Shown in pieces: positions 26,698 through 37,528 of a stretch of DNA of 64,000 nt; the stretch's first letter is position 1, and each line of letters opens with the position of its first letter. The notes beneath the pieces are model-generated. The model ran no database searches. It was not told the origin of the DNA and worked only from the letters and a program-made list of their open reading frames with translations. The DNA is taken from assembly GCA_047456295.1 (NCBI GenBank), contig CP179887.1, positions 367,159 to 431,158 of the forward strand, written 5' to 3'. The translations under genes and the position numbers were made by a program. The stretch comes from Candidatus Nealsonbacteria bacterium (GTDB taxonomy: Bacteria > Patescibacteriota > Minisyncoccia > Minisyncoccales > JANBVM01).

Positions 26698-29094
26698 TTA
26701 AATCACTATATTAATTAACTTCCCGGGAACAAAGATAATCTTTTTAATTTCTTTTTCACCTATCCTTTTTTTAATCTTCTCTCTGCTTAATGTCAAATCC
26801 CTGGCTTCTTTTTCAGAAATATCTGCCTTAACCTCCACCTTGTCACGAACCCTGCCGTTTACCTGAATAATCAATGTTATGATTTCTTCCTTTATCAGTC
26901 CTGAATCGTATTTGGGCCAGGGTTGATTATGCACCGAATCTTTATTTCCCAAATAATGCCAGAGTTCTTCTGTGATATGAGGGACAAAAGGAGCCAATAA
27001 AATCAACATCCTCTGGATTGTATCTTTTCCAATATCTTTTTTGTTTTCAAAGCAAAAATTAATAAACTCCATGAAAGCTGCAATAGCAGTATTAAACTTC
27101 ACAACCTCCATATCCTCTTGTATTTTTTTATTGAGTTTGTGAATTGCTTTTACAGTTTTTTTTGCACTGTTTTCATTCTTAGCGCATTCTAAAGTCAAAT
27201 TCCAAAGCCTGTCTAAAAACCTATAAACCCCTTTTACTCCCTGACTGTTCCAAATGATGGTCTGGTCAAAAGGACCCATAAACATCTCATAAGCCCTGAG
27301 GGTATCAGCCCCGTATTCTCTCACAATATCATCAGGATTTAGCACATTACCAAAAGATTTTGACATCTTGCGACCGTCTTCAGCTAAAACCATGCCGTGA
27401 GAGGTTCTTTTCTGGTAAGGCTCTGATTGGGGAACCACTCCAATATCAAAAAGGAATTTATAAATAAAGCGGGAGTATAACAAATGCAGGGTTGTGTGTT
27501 CCATACCGCCGTTATACCAATCAACAGGCATCCAGTATCCTGCCTTTTTCTTATCTACCAGTTCCTTTTCATTCTTTGGATCGCAATAACGCACGTAATA
27601 CCAGTTTGAACCTGCCCAGTTTGGCATGGTATCGGTCTCCCGTTTGCCTGGGCCCCCACATTCAGGACACTTTGTATCTACCCATTTAGTAATAACAGCT
27701 AAGGGAGATTCACCTGTCTCTGTTGGTTTGTATTTCTCCACATAAGGAAGTTTAACTGGTAAATCCTTTTCTGGCACAGGAACAGCTCCACAAGACTGAC
27801 AATGGACAATAGGAATTGGTTCTCCCCAATAATGCTGGCGGGAAAATACCCAGTCTCTCAATTTATACTGGACTTTTTTTGTCCCGACATTATTTTTCTC
27901 CAGCCATTCATCAATCTTCTCTATTGCTTTTTTAGAAGATAATCCATTAAACTGACCTGAATTAACCAGGGTTCCTGATTCAACAAAAGCTTGCTTTGAT
28001 ATGTCTCCGCCTTTTACAACCTCTCTAATCTCTAATCCATAGCGTTTGGCAAATTCATAATCCCTTTTATCGTGAGCTGGCACTACCATTACTGCTCCTC
28101 CACCATAAGTAGCAACCACATAATCACCCACCCAAACAGGCACCTTTTCATTATTAATTGGATTTATACAATAAGAACCAGTAAATACCCCTGTTTTTTC
28201 TTTTTCCAACTTTGTTCTCTCAAACTCTGTCTTGTCTTGAGATTCTTTAATATATTTTTTAACTTCGCTTAAACGGTCTTTGGCAATTAATGTTTTGGTT
28301 AAGGGATGCTCGGGAGCCAATACCAGTGCTGTAACCCCGAAAATAGTATCAGCCCTGGTGGTAAAGACCTTTACCTCTTTTTTTGAATTTTCCACCTTAA
28401 AATTTATCTCTACTCCGTAACTCCTTCCAATCCAATCCTTCTGCTGGCTTTTAATATTTTCCCAGTAATCAACCTTGTCTAAATCTTCAATGAGTCTGTC
28501 AGCATATTTTGTAATTCTTAACATCCATTGTTTAAGTTCTTTCTGGCTAACCTTTGTTCTACATCTTTCACATTTTCCATCAATCACCTCTTCATTAGCC
28601 AATCCAATCTTACAAGAAGGACACCAATTAATGGGAATTTCAGCCTGATAAGCCAGATTATTTTCAAAGAGTTTTAAAAAAATCCATTGGGTCCATTTAT
28701 AATATTTGGGGTCAGTGGTATTAATTTCTCTGCTCCAATCAAAAGAAATGCCCAAACTTTTTAATTGTCTTTTGTAGTTTGAAATGTTTTTTTCTGTAGC
28801 TACCTGAGGATGAATTCCAGTTTTAATAGCATAATTTTCAGTAGGTAAACCAAAAGCATCCCAACCTATGGGAAACAAAACATTAAAACCTTCCATTCTC
28901 TTTTTCCTGGCTATTACATCTAATGCTGAATAGCTCCTGCAATGACCCACATGAAGCCCTTGGCCAGAAGGATAGGGAAATTCAATAAGAATGTATTTTT
29001 TGGGTTTGTCTGAAAAATCTTCTGCCTTGTAGAAATCATTTTTCTCCCAAAACCTCTGCCATTTAGGCTCTATTTCCTGAGGTCTATATTTCAT
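26698..29094 (-). CDS. leuS: Leucyl-tRNA synthetase
   Basis: HVGH (HIGH-type) and KMSKS motifs, CP1 editing domain, typical N-terminus MKYRPQEIEPKWQRFW. Confidence 0.95.
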   Translation of the reverse strand: MKYRPQEIEPKWQRFWEKNDFYKAEDFSDKPKKYILIEFPYPSGQGLHVGHCRSYSALDVIARKKRMEGFNVLFPIGWDAFGLPTENYAIKTGIHPQVATEKNISNYKRQLKSLGISFDWSREINTTDPKYYKWTQWIFLKLFENNLAYQAEIPINWCPSCKIGLANEEVIDGKCERCRTKVSQKELKQWMLRITKYADRLIEDLDKVDYWENIKSQQKDWIGRSYGVEINFKVENSKKEVKVFTTRADTIFGVTALVLAPEHPLTKTLIAKDRLSEVKKYIKESQDKTEFERTKLEKEKTGVFTGSYCINPINNEKVPVWVGDYVVATYGGGAVMVVPAHDKRDYEFAKRYGLEIREVVKGGDISKQAFVESGTLVNSGQFNGLSSKKAIEKIDEWLEKNNVGTKKVQYKLRDWVFSRQHYWGEPIPIVHCQSCGAVPVPEKDLPVKLPYVEKYKPTETGESPLAVITKWVDTKCPECGGPGKRETDTMPNWAGSNWYYVRYCDPKNEKELVDKKKAGYWMPVDWYNGGMEHTTLHLLYSRFIYKFLFDIGVVPQSEPYQKRTSHGMVLAEDGRKMSKSFGNVLNPDDIVREYGADTLRAYEMFMGPFDQTIIWNSQGVKGVYRFLDRLWNLTLECAKNENSAKKTVKAIHKLNKKIQEDMEVVKFNTAIAAFMEFINFCFENKKDIGKDTIQRMLILLAPFVPHITEELWHYLGNKDSVHNQPWPKYDSGLIKEEIITLIIQVNGRVRDKVEVKADISEKEARDLTLSREKIKKRIGEKEIKKIIFVPGKLINIVI

Positions 29095-29156
29095 ACAATC
29101 TCATCTTATACTCTAAATTTTAATTTGTAAAATTTGACCTGTTTTCTCAATATAAA

Positions 29157-29165
29157 TGTTATAAT
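29157..29165 (+). promoter_or_regulatory. Extended -10 element TGtTATAAT, 10 nt before the deacetylase ATG
   Basis: aaTGtTATAATaaatgagtttATG read directly. A TTGACC at 29134 is 20 nt upstream, which is too far for a standard spacer. Confidence 0.4.
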
Positions 29166-29175
29166 AAATGAGTTT

Positions 29176-30273
29176 ATGAAAACTGCCTTGGTCTATAACC
29201 CGAAAATAAAAGAATATAGTTTTGGCAAAGGACATCCTTTTACAAGCGAGAGGTTTGAAAACTTCATTAACTTTGCAAAAGAGAAATTGCCAAATTTCAG
29301 AGATATCTTTGAACAAATAATACCTGATACTGCCAAAGACAAAGATTTAAAGCTGATTCATTCCAAAGAATATATTGAGGTTATGATAAAGGCCTCAAAA
29401 GGAATTGTCTTACCTGACATATTGAGATATACCACCGAGGATAACTTCAATCCCTCAACAGGTTATCTGCCAAAGGGAATTGATAAAGCTGCAAGAATGG
29501 CTGTGGGCACATCTCTGAAAGCTGCTGACCTGGTTTTTGAAGGTAGATTTAAAAAAGCAATTGCTTTGGGCGGAGGGCTTCATCATGCAAAAAAAGAAAA
29601 GGGAGAGGGTTTTTGTATTTATAATGACGTTGCTATTTGTGCCAAAAAATTAATCATCAAAGGATTTAAAAGAATTTTAATTTTAGATACCGATGCCCAT
29701 GCCGGCAATGGAACAGCTGAAGCCTTTTATACAGAAAACCAAGTCTTATTCATTGACATCCATCAAGACCCTTCAACCTTGTATCCTGGAACAGGTTTTA
29801 TAAATGAAATAGGTGCAGGAAAAGGAGAGGGCTTTACCGTTAATATTCCTCTTCCTCCAGGAGCCAGTGATAAATCATATCAATATGTATTTGAACAACT
29901 TATCTTTCCTTTAACAAAAGAATTTAAACCACAAATCATTATCAGAAATGGCGGTTCTGATCCTTATTTTACCGATGGCTTAACCAATCTGGGTTTAACC
30001 TTAGACGGCTTTAGAATAATTGGAGAAAAAGTAAGGATATTAGCTGAACAGATCTGCCAGGGAAAAGAAGTGGATCTTATTGCTTCAGGATATAATCAAA
30101 GAGTTCTACCTTTAGCCTGGCTTTCTTTAATGAACGGTCTTTTAGATTTAAAAATAAAGCTAAAAGAGCCTCAAAAACCAGTCTTTCACAAAGATTTCAA
30201 ATTAAGAGAAACAAAAGAAATATTAAAAGAGATTAAACTTTATTTGAAGAAATATTGGAAATGCTTTAAGTAA
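29176..30273 (+). CDS. Histone deacetylase/AcuC/AphA-family deacetylase
   Basis: GGGLHHAKKEKGEGFCIYNDVA and DTDAHAGNGT motifs. Start set at MKTALVYNP (the ORF-track start 29134 is upstream of the promoter element). Confidence 0.85.
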   Translation: MKTALVYNPKIKEYSFGKGHPFTSERFENFINFAKEKLPNFRDIFEQIIPDTAKDKDLKLIHSKEYIEVMIKASKGIVLPDILRYTTEDNFNPSTGYLPKGIDKAARMAVGTSLKAADLVFEGRFKKAIALGGGLHHAKKEKGEGFCIYNDVAICAKKLIIKGFKRILILDTDAHAGNGTAEAFYTENQVLFIDIHQDPSTLYPGTGFINEIGAGKGEGFTVNIPLPPGASDKSYQYVFEQLIFPLTKEFKPQIIIRNGGSDPYFTDGLTNLGLTLDGFRIIGEKVRILAEQICQGKEVDLIASGYNQRVLPLAWLSLMNGLLDLKIKLKEPQKPVFHKDFKLRETKEILKEIKLYLKKYWKCFK

Positions 30274-31110
30274 CTAAATATTAAAAAGCTCTTTTGCGTT
30301 TTGAGTTGTAATTTCAGCTAATTTTTCAAAGCTGATTTTTTTTATTCCAGCCAATCTCTCTGCAATATATTTTACAAAAACAGGTTCGTTACGCTCTATT
30401 TTCAAGACAGGCGGCACTAAATAAGGGCAATCTGTCTCAATTAATATCTTATTAAAAGGCGTATTCTCAATGACTTGTTCAAAACTTACACCTTCAATTT
30501 TTTTAAAGATTATCCCGTTAAATCCGATATAGAATCCGAAAGCTAAATATTTTTTAAGCTCAGCCAATCCTCCCACAAAACTGTGGGCTACGGCTTTTTC
30601 AGGTCTTACCTTTGGATTCTCTAATAAAAATTTAATTAATTCCTGGTGAGCCATTCTGCAGTGAAAGATGACGGGCAGATTTAATTCTTTTGCCAGATTT
30701 AATTGTTTTAAAAGCAATTCTTTTTGCTTTTGTTTGAATAACTCCTTTTTTTTAGTAGTCTTTGGTTTCCAATAATAATCCAAACCAATTTCACCAATGG
30801 CTACCACCTTTTTAGAATCTGCCAGTTCTTTGTATTTTTCATACTCAAAATCTCTTTCAATGCTTTTTCTTTCATTTACATCTGCTTTTATTTTTAGTAA
30901 TCCTGTTTCCAAATTTATTGGATGAAGCCCGACAGCAGCATAAATACCTTTTTCATAATCTTGGGCAAGTTCAACAACTTGTTTTGAAGTTTTCAAATTT
31001 GTTCCAGCATTAATAACCCAGACATTATTGTCCAGACATTTTTTAATAATTTTATCTCTGTCTTTATTAAAAGCAGAAAAATTTAAATGGGCATGAGTGT
31101 CGATCAACAT
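30274..31110 (-). CDS. tatD: TatD-family metal-dependent hydrolase
   Basis: MLIDTHAHL start, GEIGLDYYW, ETDCPYL motifs. Confidence 0.9.
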   Translation of the reverse strand: MLIDTHAHLNFSAFNKDRDKIIKKCLDNNVWVINAGTNLKTSKQVVELAQDYEKGIYAAVGLHPINLETGLLKIKADVNERKSIERDFEYEKYKELADSKKVVAIGEIGLDYYWKPKTTKKKELFKQKQKELLLKQLNLAKELNLPVIFHCRMAHQELIKFLLENPKVRPEKAVAHSFVGGLAELKKYLAFGFYIGFNGIIFKKIEGVSFEQVIENTPFNKILIETDCPYLVPPVLKIERNEPVFVKYIAERLAGIKKISFEKLAEITTQNAKELFNI

Positions 31111-31135
31111 ATTCTTATTCTATCTTTTCTAAAGA

Positions 31136-31160
31136 ATAAAAAAAAGTGCCCCGTAGGGCG
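31136..31160 (-). terminator. Rho-independent terminator after the 126-aa ORF
   Basis: Minus strand GCCC-tacg-GGGC followed by a T run. Confidence 0.5.
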
Positions 31161-31179
31161 AGAATTTATAATTTAGAAA

Positions 31180-31560
31180 TTAAGCTTCTTCAGCTAAATC
31201 GATTCTAGGGCGTTCGAAAAACTTCAGATTATAAGTTTTGCAAAACCCTGTTATTAATCCCATATCAGTAGAGCTAGGATTATACAAGATGAATTGATTT
31301 AGATTAGTTGAAACTCTCTTTTGAAAGAAAACTATACCATTTTCAAATCCATGCAATACCCAATGTCTCCAATAGTCTTTATAGTCTTTATTCTCTTCTA
31401 TTTCTACGTCTTTTTCTCCTTCTTTCATCTTTTGCTCTTTTTTCTTTGCTTTTAAATAGTCTGAGAAATACATCCCTTTGAAAATATTTAAAAGCTTTGA
31501 AGCCTCTCCAGTTGTGAATATTAAGGGCTTTACCTTTATTTGTTTTTCATTCAAATTCAA
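31180..31560 (-). CDS. Hypothetical protein (126 aa)
   Basis: Open frame in an operon context. Only a TTG start is available near the 5' end. No family recognised. Confidence 0.45.
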   Translation of the reverse strand: MNLNEKQIKVKPLIFTTGEASKLLNIFKGMYFSDYLKAKKKEQKMKEGEKDVEIEENKDYKDYWRHWVLHGFENGIVFFQKRVSTNLNQFILYNPSSTDMGLITGFCKTYNLKFFERPRIDLAEEA

Positions 31561-31659
31561 TTCTTATCACATTATTTTATTTTGTTTTTAATTTTCTATA
31601 TTTAGTGAGTTTACTCTATCACATCTCTTTTCAAAGTCAAGAGCAAAAAAATTAAAACA

Positions 31660-33144
31660 TTATTTAGAATTTAATCGAGGAAAAAGGGATTCTGTTTTTT
31701 TTACGGCAAAAACACACTTTTTCTCATCAGATTTTAATCCTAATTGACATAAAATCTTATTGGAGGTTTCAGGTAAAAAGGATTCTAACATCTTAGCGAT
31801 CTCAGAGATAGTGTATAACAAACATAAAACACAGATTTTCTGTTCTTTGCTTTCTTCCCAGACTCTTTTCTTTTCAATATATTGGTCGCAAAAAGCAATT
31901 AACTTCCAGATGGAATCCAAGGCTTTATCAAGTTTAAATTCATCAAGGGCTCTTTCATAATTTTTCCAAGCGGCATCAATTTGCTTTCCAATCTCAGTAC
32001 TATGAACCTGACGAAGTTTTAAGGCTTCGGATTTAAAACCTAATGTATCTCCAATAGTTATCACCCTTGATACCAAATTACCTATCCCTTTTGCCAAGTC
32101 TGCATTATATTTTTCTTTTAATTTCCCCCAGGATATATCCCCGTCTTTTCCAAAACAACAAGCTGACAGGAGTAAATAGCGAGTACCATCAACTCCAAAT
32201 TTCTCAATTAACTCTTCAGGCCAAATAACATTTCCCAGAGACTTTGACATTTTTTGACCTTCAATAGTAAAGTACCCGTGAACAAATATTTGCTTAGGTA
32301 AAGCAATTTCCAAACCCAAGAGTACAGCCGGCCATATGGTAGCGTGAACCCTGGCAATATCCTTTGCCATTAAATGAACATCAGCTGGCCAAAATTCAGG
32401 CAGTTTTTTAGGATTACCCTCCCAACCAACACCAGTGAGATAATTTAAGAATGCCTCTATCCAAACATAGGTTGTAAGGTGAGGAGCAAAAGGCAAAGGA
32501 ATACCCCATTTTACCTTCTTCCTGGAAATAGAAATATCTTTCAGGCCTCCTTTTAAAAATTCCAAAACTTCTTTCTTTTTATCTTCTGGTCTTATTAAAA
32601 GTTCGTCTTGTTTAATTTTTTTCCTAATCTCTTCCCCAAATTTAGAGAGTCTAAAAAGATAGCTTTCTTCTTCTATTATTTCTGGCTTTTTTTTATGGTC
32701 AGGGCATTTACCATTAACCAGATCGCTTTCAGTTTTATATTGTTCACAACCCAAACAATAAAGTCCTCTATAAACTCCTTTATAAATTAATCCTTTTTTA
32801 TGTAATATCTCCAGGGCTTTTTTAACTGCTTCCTCATGATAAGAATCTGTAGTTCTTATAAAATTATCATAAGAAATATTCAATTTTTCCCAGCCTTTTT
32901 TAAATCTTCTAACATTATCATCGCATAATTGCTTTGGACTTTTACCAAGCTTTTCGGCTGCTTTCTCTATTTTACCACCATGTTCATCTGTACCTGTTAA
33001 AAAGAAAACTTTTTCTCCTTTTAACCTATGATAGCGAGCCAGAACATCAGCTGCTATAGTAGTATAGGCATGGCCTAGGTGCATTCTATCGTTTACGTAG
33101 TAAATAGGTGTTGTTATATAGAATTTTTTTACTTTACTATTCAT
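31660..33144 (-). CDS. metG: Methionyl-tRNA synthetase (short form without C-terminal tRNA-binding domain)
   Basis: HLGH and KMSKS motifs, zinc knuckle CLGCEQY...CPDH. Confidence 0.93.
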   Translation of the reverse strand: MNSKVKKFYITTPIYYVNDRMHLGHAYTTIAADVLARYHRLKGEKVFFLTGTDEHGGKIEKAAEKLGKSPKQLCDDNVRRFKKGWEKLNISYDNFIRTTDSYHEEAVKKALEILHKKGLIYKGVYRGLYCLGCEQYKTESDLVNGKCPDHKKKPEIIEEESYLFRLSKFGEEIRKKIKQDELLIRPEDKKKEVLEFLKGGLKDISISRKKVKWGIPLPFAPHLTTYVWIEAFLNYLTGVGWEGNPKKLPEFWPADVHLMAKDIARVHATIWPAVLLGLEIALPKQIFVHGYFTIEGQKMSKSLGNVIWPEELIEKFGVDGTRYLLLSACCFGKDGDISWGKLKEKYNADLAKGIGNLVSRVITIGDTLGFKSEALKLRQVHSTEIGKQIDAAWKNYERALDEFKLDKALDSIWKLIAFCDQYIEKKRVWEESKEQKICVLCLLYTISEIAKMLESFLPETSNKILCQLGLKSDEKKCVFAVKKTESLFPRLNSK

Positions 33145-33155
33145 AGATTAATAGC

Positions 33156-33848
33156 TTATCCTTTATTGATAATCACCACAAATTCTCCTTTTACTTTATC
33201 TTTTTTAATATTTTCAATCACTTCGTTAATATTCCCTCGATAAACTGTTTCGAATTTTTTTGTTAATTCACGACAAACAACAATCTTAGTATTTTGTATC
33301 TTGTATTTAGTATTCAGAGAATTTCTCAATTCCTCCAAAGTTTTTATTATTCTATAAGGGGATTCATAAAAAGCAACAAGATATTTTGAATTTATTAATT
33401 CTTCAAAAAACTTTTTTCTTTTTTTCTTTTTTGGAGGAAATCCTAAAAACAAAAATCTATCTGTTCCAAATCCAGAAATACTAAGAGCCGTAGTGACTGC
33501 TGAAGGACCTGGTATTGGTATAATTTTAACTTCATTGCCCAACGAAACGATAATGTCTCTTACTAATTTATTTCCAGGGTCAGAAATGCCAGGGGTGCCT
33601 GCGTCTGAAACCAAAGCTAAATCCTTTCCTTGTTTTAGCAACTCTATGATATAGTTTACTTTTTTTAACTTACTATACTGATGATAACTAATGAGTTGTT
33701 TTTTTATCTGATAATGATTCAGTAATTTTCTCGTTACCCTTGTGTCTTCGCATAAAATCAAATCAACCTCTTTTAAGGTTTGAATGGCTCTGAAACTGAT
33801 ATCTTTAAGATTCCCAATGGGAGTGCTGACAATATAAAGGGTTGACAT
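33156..33848 (-). CDS. rsmI: 16S rRNA (cytidine1402-2'-O)-methyltransferase
   Basis: LYIVSTPIGNLKDIS...CEDTR...SDAGTPGISDPG pattern of tetrapyrrole-methylase-fold RsmI. Confidence 0.88.
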   Translation of the reverse strand: MSTLYIVSTPIGNLKDISFRAIQTLKEVDLILCEDTRVTRKLLNHYQIKKQLISYHQYSKLKKVNYIIELLKQGKDLALVSDAGTPGISDPGNKLVRDIIVSLGNEVKIIPIPGPSAVTTALSISGFGTDRFLFLGFPPKKKKRKKFFEELINSKYLVAFYESPYRIIKTLEELRNSLNTKYKIQNTKIVVCRELTKKFETVYRGNINEVIENIKKDKVKGEFVVIINKG

Positions 33849-33861
33849 AATTTACAAATTC

Positions 33862-34890
33862 TTAAACCAACTCAGCTTTTTCTTCCCTTCTTTTCTTTAA
33901 TAAGTCTCTTAAGAATTCATAAATCATTCCTGTTAAGGGAATGATCAGGATTGCTCCTAAAATTCCCCACAACCTGCCGCCAACCAATAAGGCTATTAAA
34001 ACCAGGATGGCTGGCAGGCCCACCATTTTTTCGGTCAACAGCGGAGTTAATACGTTCCCCTCTATCTGCTGGATTAAAATAAAAGCTATTAACACAAGGA
34101 GGGCCTTTGACCAGGAATCCAAAGCAGCCAACATTACAATCAGTATTGTTGCAAAAATAGGGCCTAACACCGGAACAATATCCATTACCCCGCTAAACAA
34201 GCCTAAAACAAAAGCATAATTTATATTAAAGATTTCAAGCGTAAGGTAAGATACCAGCCCCACAAACACACTGCTTAAAACCCTGGTTCCAAACCAGGCA
34301 GCTGTTTTAGCCTGACATCTTTCCCATAAATCCAAGAAATAGGCTTCGTTTTTTTTAGGAACCAGAAGTTTAATCGTCTGCTCTACTTCTTTCTCTTCCA
34401 TTGAGAAAAAAAAGGCTAGGGCAAAGATGGTGACCATAGAAAGAATCCCTCCAAAAATAGAAATGATGGCTCCAAAAATACTGGAGGAAACCTTAACCAG
34501 CCAATCCTGAAGGGCCTGGGTAAAAGTCTCGAAACTCTCAAAAGCCTCAATATCCAGGCTTCTTAAAGGAGGGGCTAACCTTTCAAAATATTGAGGAAAG
34601 AGCTGGGTGAAATCTTGAATCTCAAAAAGAAATACAGGAATGGTCCAGTAAAAGAGAAAACTAAAAACAGCAAAAACAGCAACATAAACAACCAGGGTGG
34701 CTATAACCCTGGGTATTCGTATCTTCTGCAAAAGGTTGATTACCGGGTTAAACAAAATGGAGATTATGAAAGCAAAGAGGATCCAGATTAAAATATCCTT
34801 TATTAAAAAAAGTATGTAAATGCCGAGAAAGACAATGGCAATCTTTAAAATTGTTCCCCATGATATATCTAAAATTCTTTCATCTTCCAT
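33862..34890 (-). CDS. AI-2E family transporter (PerM-like)
   Basis: Multi-TM protein with the characteristic C-terminal QQIEGNVLTPL motif. Confidence 0.8.
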   Translation of the reverse strand: MEDERILDISWGTILKIAIVFLGIYILFLIKDILIWILFAFIISILFNPVINLLQKIRIPRVIATLVVYVAVFAVFSFLFYWTIPVFLFEIQDFTQLFPQYFERLAPPLRSLDIEAFESFETFTQALQDWLVKVSSSIFGAIISIFGGILSMVTIFALAFFFSMEEKEVEQTIKLLVPKKNEAYFLDLWERCQAKTAAWFGTRVLSSVFVGLVSYLTLEIFNINYAFVLGLFSGVMDIVPVLGPIFATILIVMLAALDSWSKALLVLIAFILIQQIEGNVLTPLLTEKMVGLPAILVLIALLVGGRLWGILGAILIIPLTGMIYEFLRDLLKKRREEKAELV

Positions 34891-34910
34891 AATTTTTAAG
34901 TTTTGATTAA

Positions 34911-36176
34911 TTATATCCTAAGAATCTTTTTAAACCTTTCTTTGTCTTTAAAAGAACCTATTATGGCTAGATTTAATTTTGAAGGTTGAAAAATATCTTT
35001 TGCTACTTTTAAAATATCAGTTGGGGTAACCTTGTCAATTTTGGCAAAGAGCTGCTCTGGGGTTAAAATCCTGTTTTCTAAAAGCTCCTGATTTGCATAA
35101 AAGGAAGCCTGAACATCGGAAGATTCCAATAAGAGTGCTGTCTTTCCTTTTATGTAATCTTTGACTTTTTTTAATTCATCAACCGGAACCTTTTTCTGAG
35201 AAATATCTTTGTATGCCTCCAGAATAGCCAAGATTACCTTTTCTACCTTTCTATTATCCACCCCTGCCCGGGTAGCTAAATATCCGGTATCAGGATTTGC
35301 GGAAGAATCTGTATCAATATAATAGGCAGCTCCCATCTCCTCCCTTATTTTAATAAACAGTCTTGAGCTCATCATCCCGCCCAAAATCAGGGACAATATC
35401 TTCTGGATGTATCTGTGGGGATGGAAAAGATTATATGCCCTAACCCCCAAATACAAATGGACCTGATCAGTGTTTCTTGATTGTAAAAGTAAATTAGGAC
35501 TTAATTGCTGTTCAATCACTGGAACTTTTTTAAATGGCTGGGGCTTTTTTATCTTAGAAAAATATTTCTTTACCTGTCTTAAGGCTGAAGAATCAGTTAT
35601 CCTTCCTGCTATGCAAACAATTGTATTTGGGGCTGTATATTGCTTTTTCATATAATCAATTAACTTTTCCTGATTAATATTGTTTACGCTTTGTTTTGTT
35701 CCTGCAATATCCCAACCAGCTGGCTGGTCTCCGTATAAAAGTTCTGACCATAATACCTGGATATAGGATATGGGATGGTCATAACGCATATTAATCTCTT
35801 CAACAATCACTCCTTTTTCTTTTTCTATTTCTTTTTCTGGCAAAGTAGAATTCAAAAAAATGTCAGAAACCCAATCTAAAGCAGTTTCAAAATAAGGAGA
35901 AGCTACCTTGGCAAAATATCCTGTATGTTCTTCAGAAGTAAAAGCATTGTAAATCCCTCCTATCCTGTCCAAGGTTTCGCTGATAGCTATAGGTGAAGGT
36001 CTTTTTTTCGTTCCCTTAAAATACATGTGTTCTAAAAAATGAGAGATTCCATTAATCTCTTTTGTTTCGTACTTTGAACCTGTGCCAACCAATACCAAGA
36101 CCGTCACTGCCTGGGTGTTTTTTTGAGGAATGGTTATCAGTCTGAGTTTGTTTTTAAAAGTAGTTTTTTTATACAT
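34911..36176 (-). CDS. M16-family (pitrilysin-like) zinc peptidase
   Basis: Inverted zinc motif HFLEH followed by MYFKGT. Confidence 0.85.
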   Translation of the reverse strand: MYKKTTFKNKLRLITIPQKNTQAVTVLVLVGTGSKYETKEINGISHFLEHMYFKGTKKRPSPIAISETLDRIGGIYNAFTSEEHTGYFAKVASPYFETALDWVSDIFLNSTLPEKEIEKEKGVIVEEINMRYDHPISYIQVLWSELLYGDQPAGWDIAGTKQSVNNINQEKLIDYMKKQYTAPNTIVCIAGRITDSSALRQVKKYFSKIKKPQPFKKVPVIEQQLSPNLLLQSRNTDQVHLYLGVRAYNLFHPHRYIQKILSLILGGMMSSRLFIKIREEMGAAYYIDTDSSANPDTGYLATRAGVDNRKVEKVILAILEAYKDISQKKVPVDELKKVKDYIKGKTALLLESSDVQASFYANQELLENRILTPEQLFAKIDKVTPTDILKVAKDIFQPSKLNLAIIGSFKDKERFKKILRI

Positions 36177-36197
36177 TTTTTTCTTATGAGCTCTATT

Positions 36198-37526
36198 TTA
36201 ATCTTCTAATCTCTCTTTTAAAACCTCAACTAAATCTTTAATTTTTACCCTTTTTTGCTTCATGGTATCGCGGTCACGGATGGTAACATCGTTTTCTTTT
36301 AAAGTTTCAAAATCAATAGTAATTGTATATAAGACTCCAATTTCATCTCCTCTACGATATCTCCTGCCAATGGAACCCACTTCATCATACTGACAAACAA
36401 AATAGGGTTTTAATAATTGATAAACTTCTTTTGCTTTTTTCACTAATTCGGGCTTATTTCTAACCAAAGGCAAAACAGCTACCTTAACCGGAGTAATTTT
36501 CTTGTCCAAGTTCAACAAAATTTCAACTTCTTTGGCTGATTTTGTCGTCCTCGTTCTACCTCCTTTTATCTCTTGATAGGCATTACATAAAAAGGCAAGA
36601 AGGGCTCTTTCTACCCCAACTGAAGTTTCAACAACATGTGGGAAGTATTTTCCTTTGCTCCCTTCATCAAAATATCTTAAATCCTTTCCTGAATGTTGTG
36701 AATGGTTTGATAAATCCCAATCTCCTCGATTATGGATTCCTTCAATTTCCCCCCAGCCAAAAGGAAAGCGGTATTCAATGTCCACCTGTCTTTTTGCATA
36801 ATGAGCCCTTTCTTTAGCTGGAATTTCTTTAGCTCTCAAATTTTCTTTTTTAATCCCTAAACTCAAATGCCATTTTATCCTTTCTTTTTTCCATAACTCA
36901 AACCATTTATTAGCTTCTTTAGGACGACAGAACCATTGCATTTCCATTTGTTCAAACTCCCGAGTTCTGAAAATAAAATTTTTGGGATTAATTTCATTAC
37001 GGAAAGCTTTACCAATCTGGGCAATACCAAAAGGTATTTTACATCTCATTGTTCTTACAATGTTCCCAAAATTCACATAGATTCCCTGGCATGTTTCTGG
37101 CCGCAAATAAGTAGTAGAGGCTTCTTCTTGTACTGGACCGACAAAAGTTCTCATCATTAAATTGAATTTTCTAGGTTTGGTTAATTCTCCCCCACATTCT
37201 GGACAACGGTCTTTTTTTATCTCGTCTTTTTTAAATCTTTTATGGCATTTTTTACATTCCCTCAGTGTATCGGCAAAACCAGCAGTTAAGTGTCCTGAAG
37301 CCTGCCAAACTTTGGGATTCATTAAAATTGCTGCATCTAACCCAATAATATTTTCATGATTTTTAATCATCCCTGACCACCAGACCTGTTTAAGGTTCCC
37401 TTTCATCTCAACCCCTAAAGGTCCGAAATCATAACCTGATCCAAAACCGCCATAAATTTCTGAAGACTGGAAGATAAACCCTCTACTTTTGGCCAAAGAT
37501 ATAATTTTTGACATTAAGTCTGTCAT
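36198..37526 (-). CDS. glyQS: Glycyl-tRNA synthetase (dimeric GlyQS type)
   Basis: Typical N-terminus (LAKSRGFIFQSSEIYGG), class II motifs, C-terminal anticodon-binding domain. Confidence 0.93.
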   Translation of the reverse strand: MTDLMSKIISLAKSRGFIFQSSEIYGGFGSGYDFGPLGVEMKGNLKQVWWSGMIKNHENIIGLDAAILMNPKVWQASGHLTAGFADTLRECKKCHKRFKKDEIKKDRCPECGGELTKPRKFNLMMRTFVGPVQEEASTTYLRPETCQGIYVNFGNIVRTMRCKIPFGIAQIGKAFRNEINPKNFIFRTREFEQMEMQWFCRPKEANKWFELWKKERIKWHLSLGIKKENLRAKEIPAKERAHYAKRQVDIEYRFPFGWGEIEGIHNRGDWDLSNHSQHSGKDLRYFDEGSKGKYFPHVVETSVGVERALLAFLCNAYQEIKGGRTRTTKSAKEVEILLNLDKKITPVKVAVLPLVRNKPELVKKAKEVYQLLKPYFVCQYDEVGSIGRRYRRGDEIGVLYTITIDFETLKENDVTIRDRDTMKQKRVKIKDLVEVLKERLED

Positions 37527-37528
37527 AA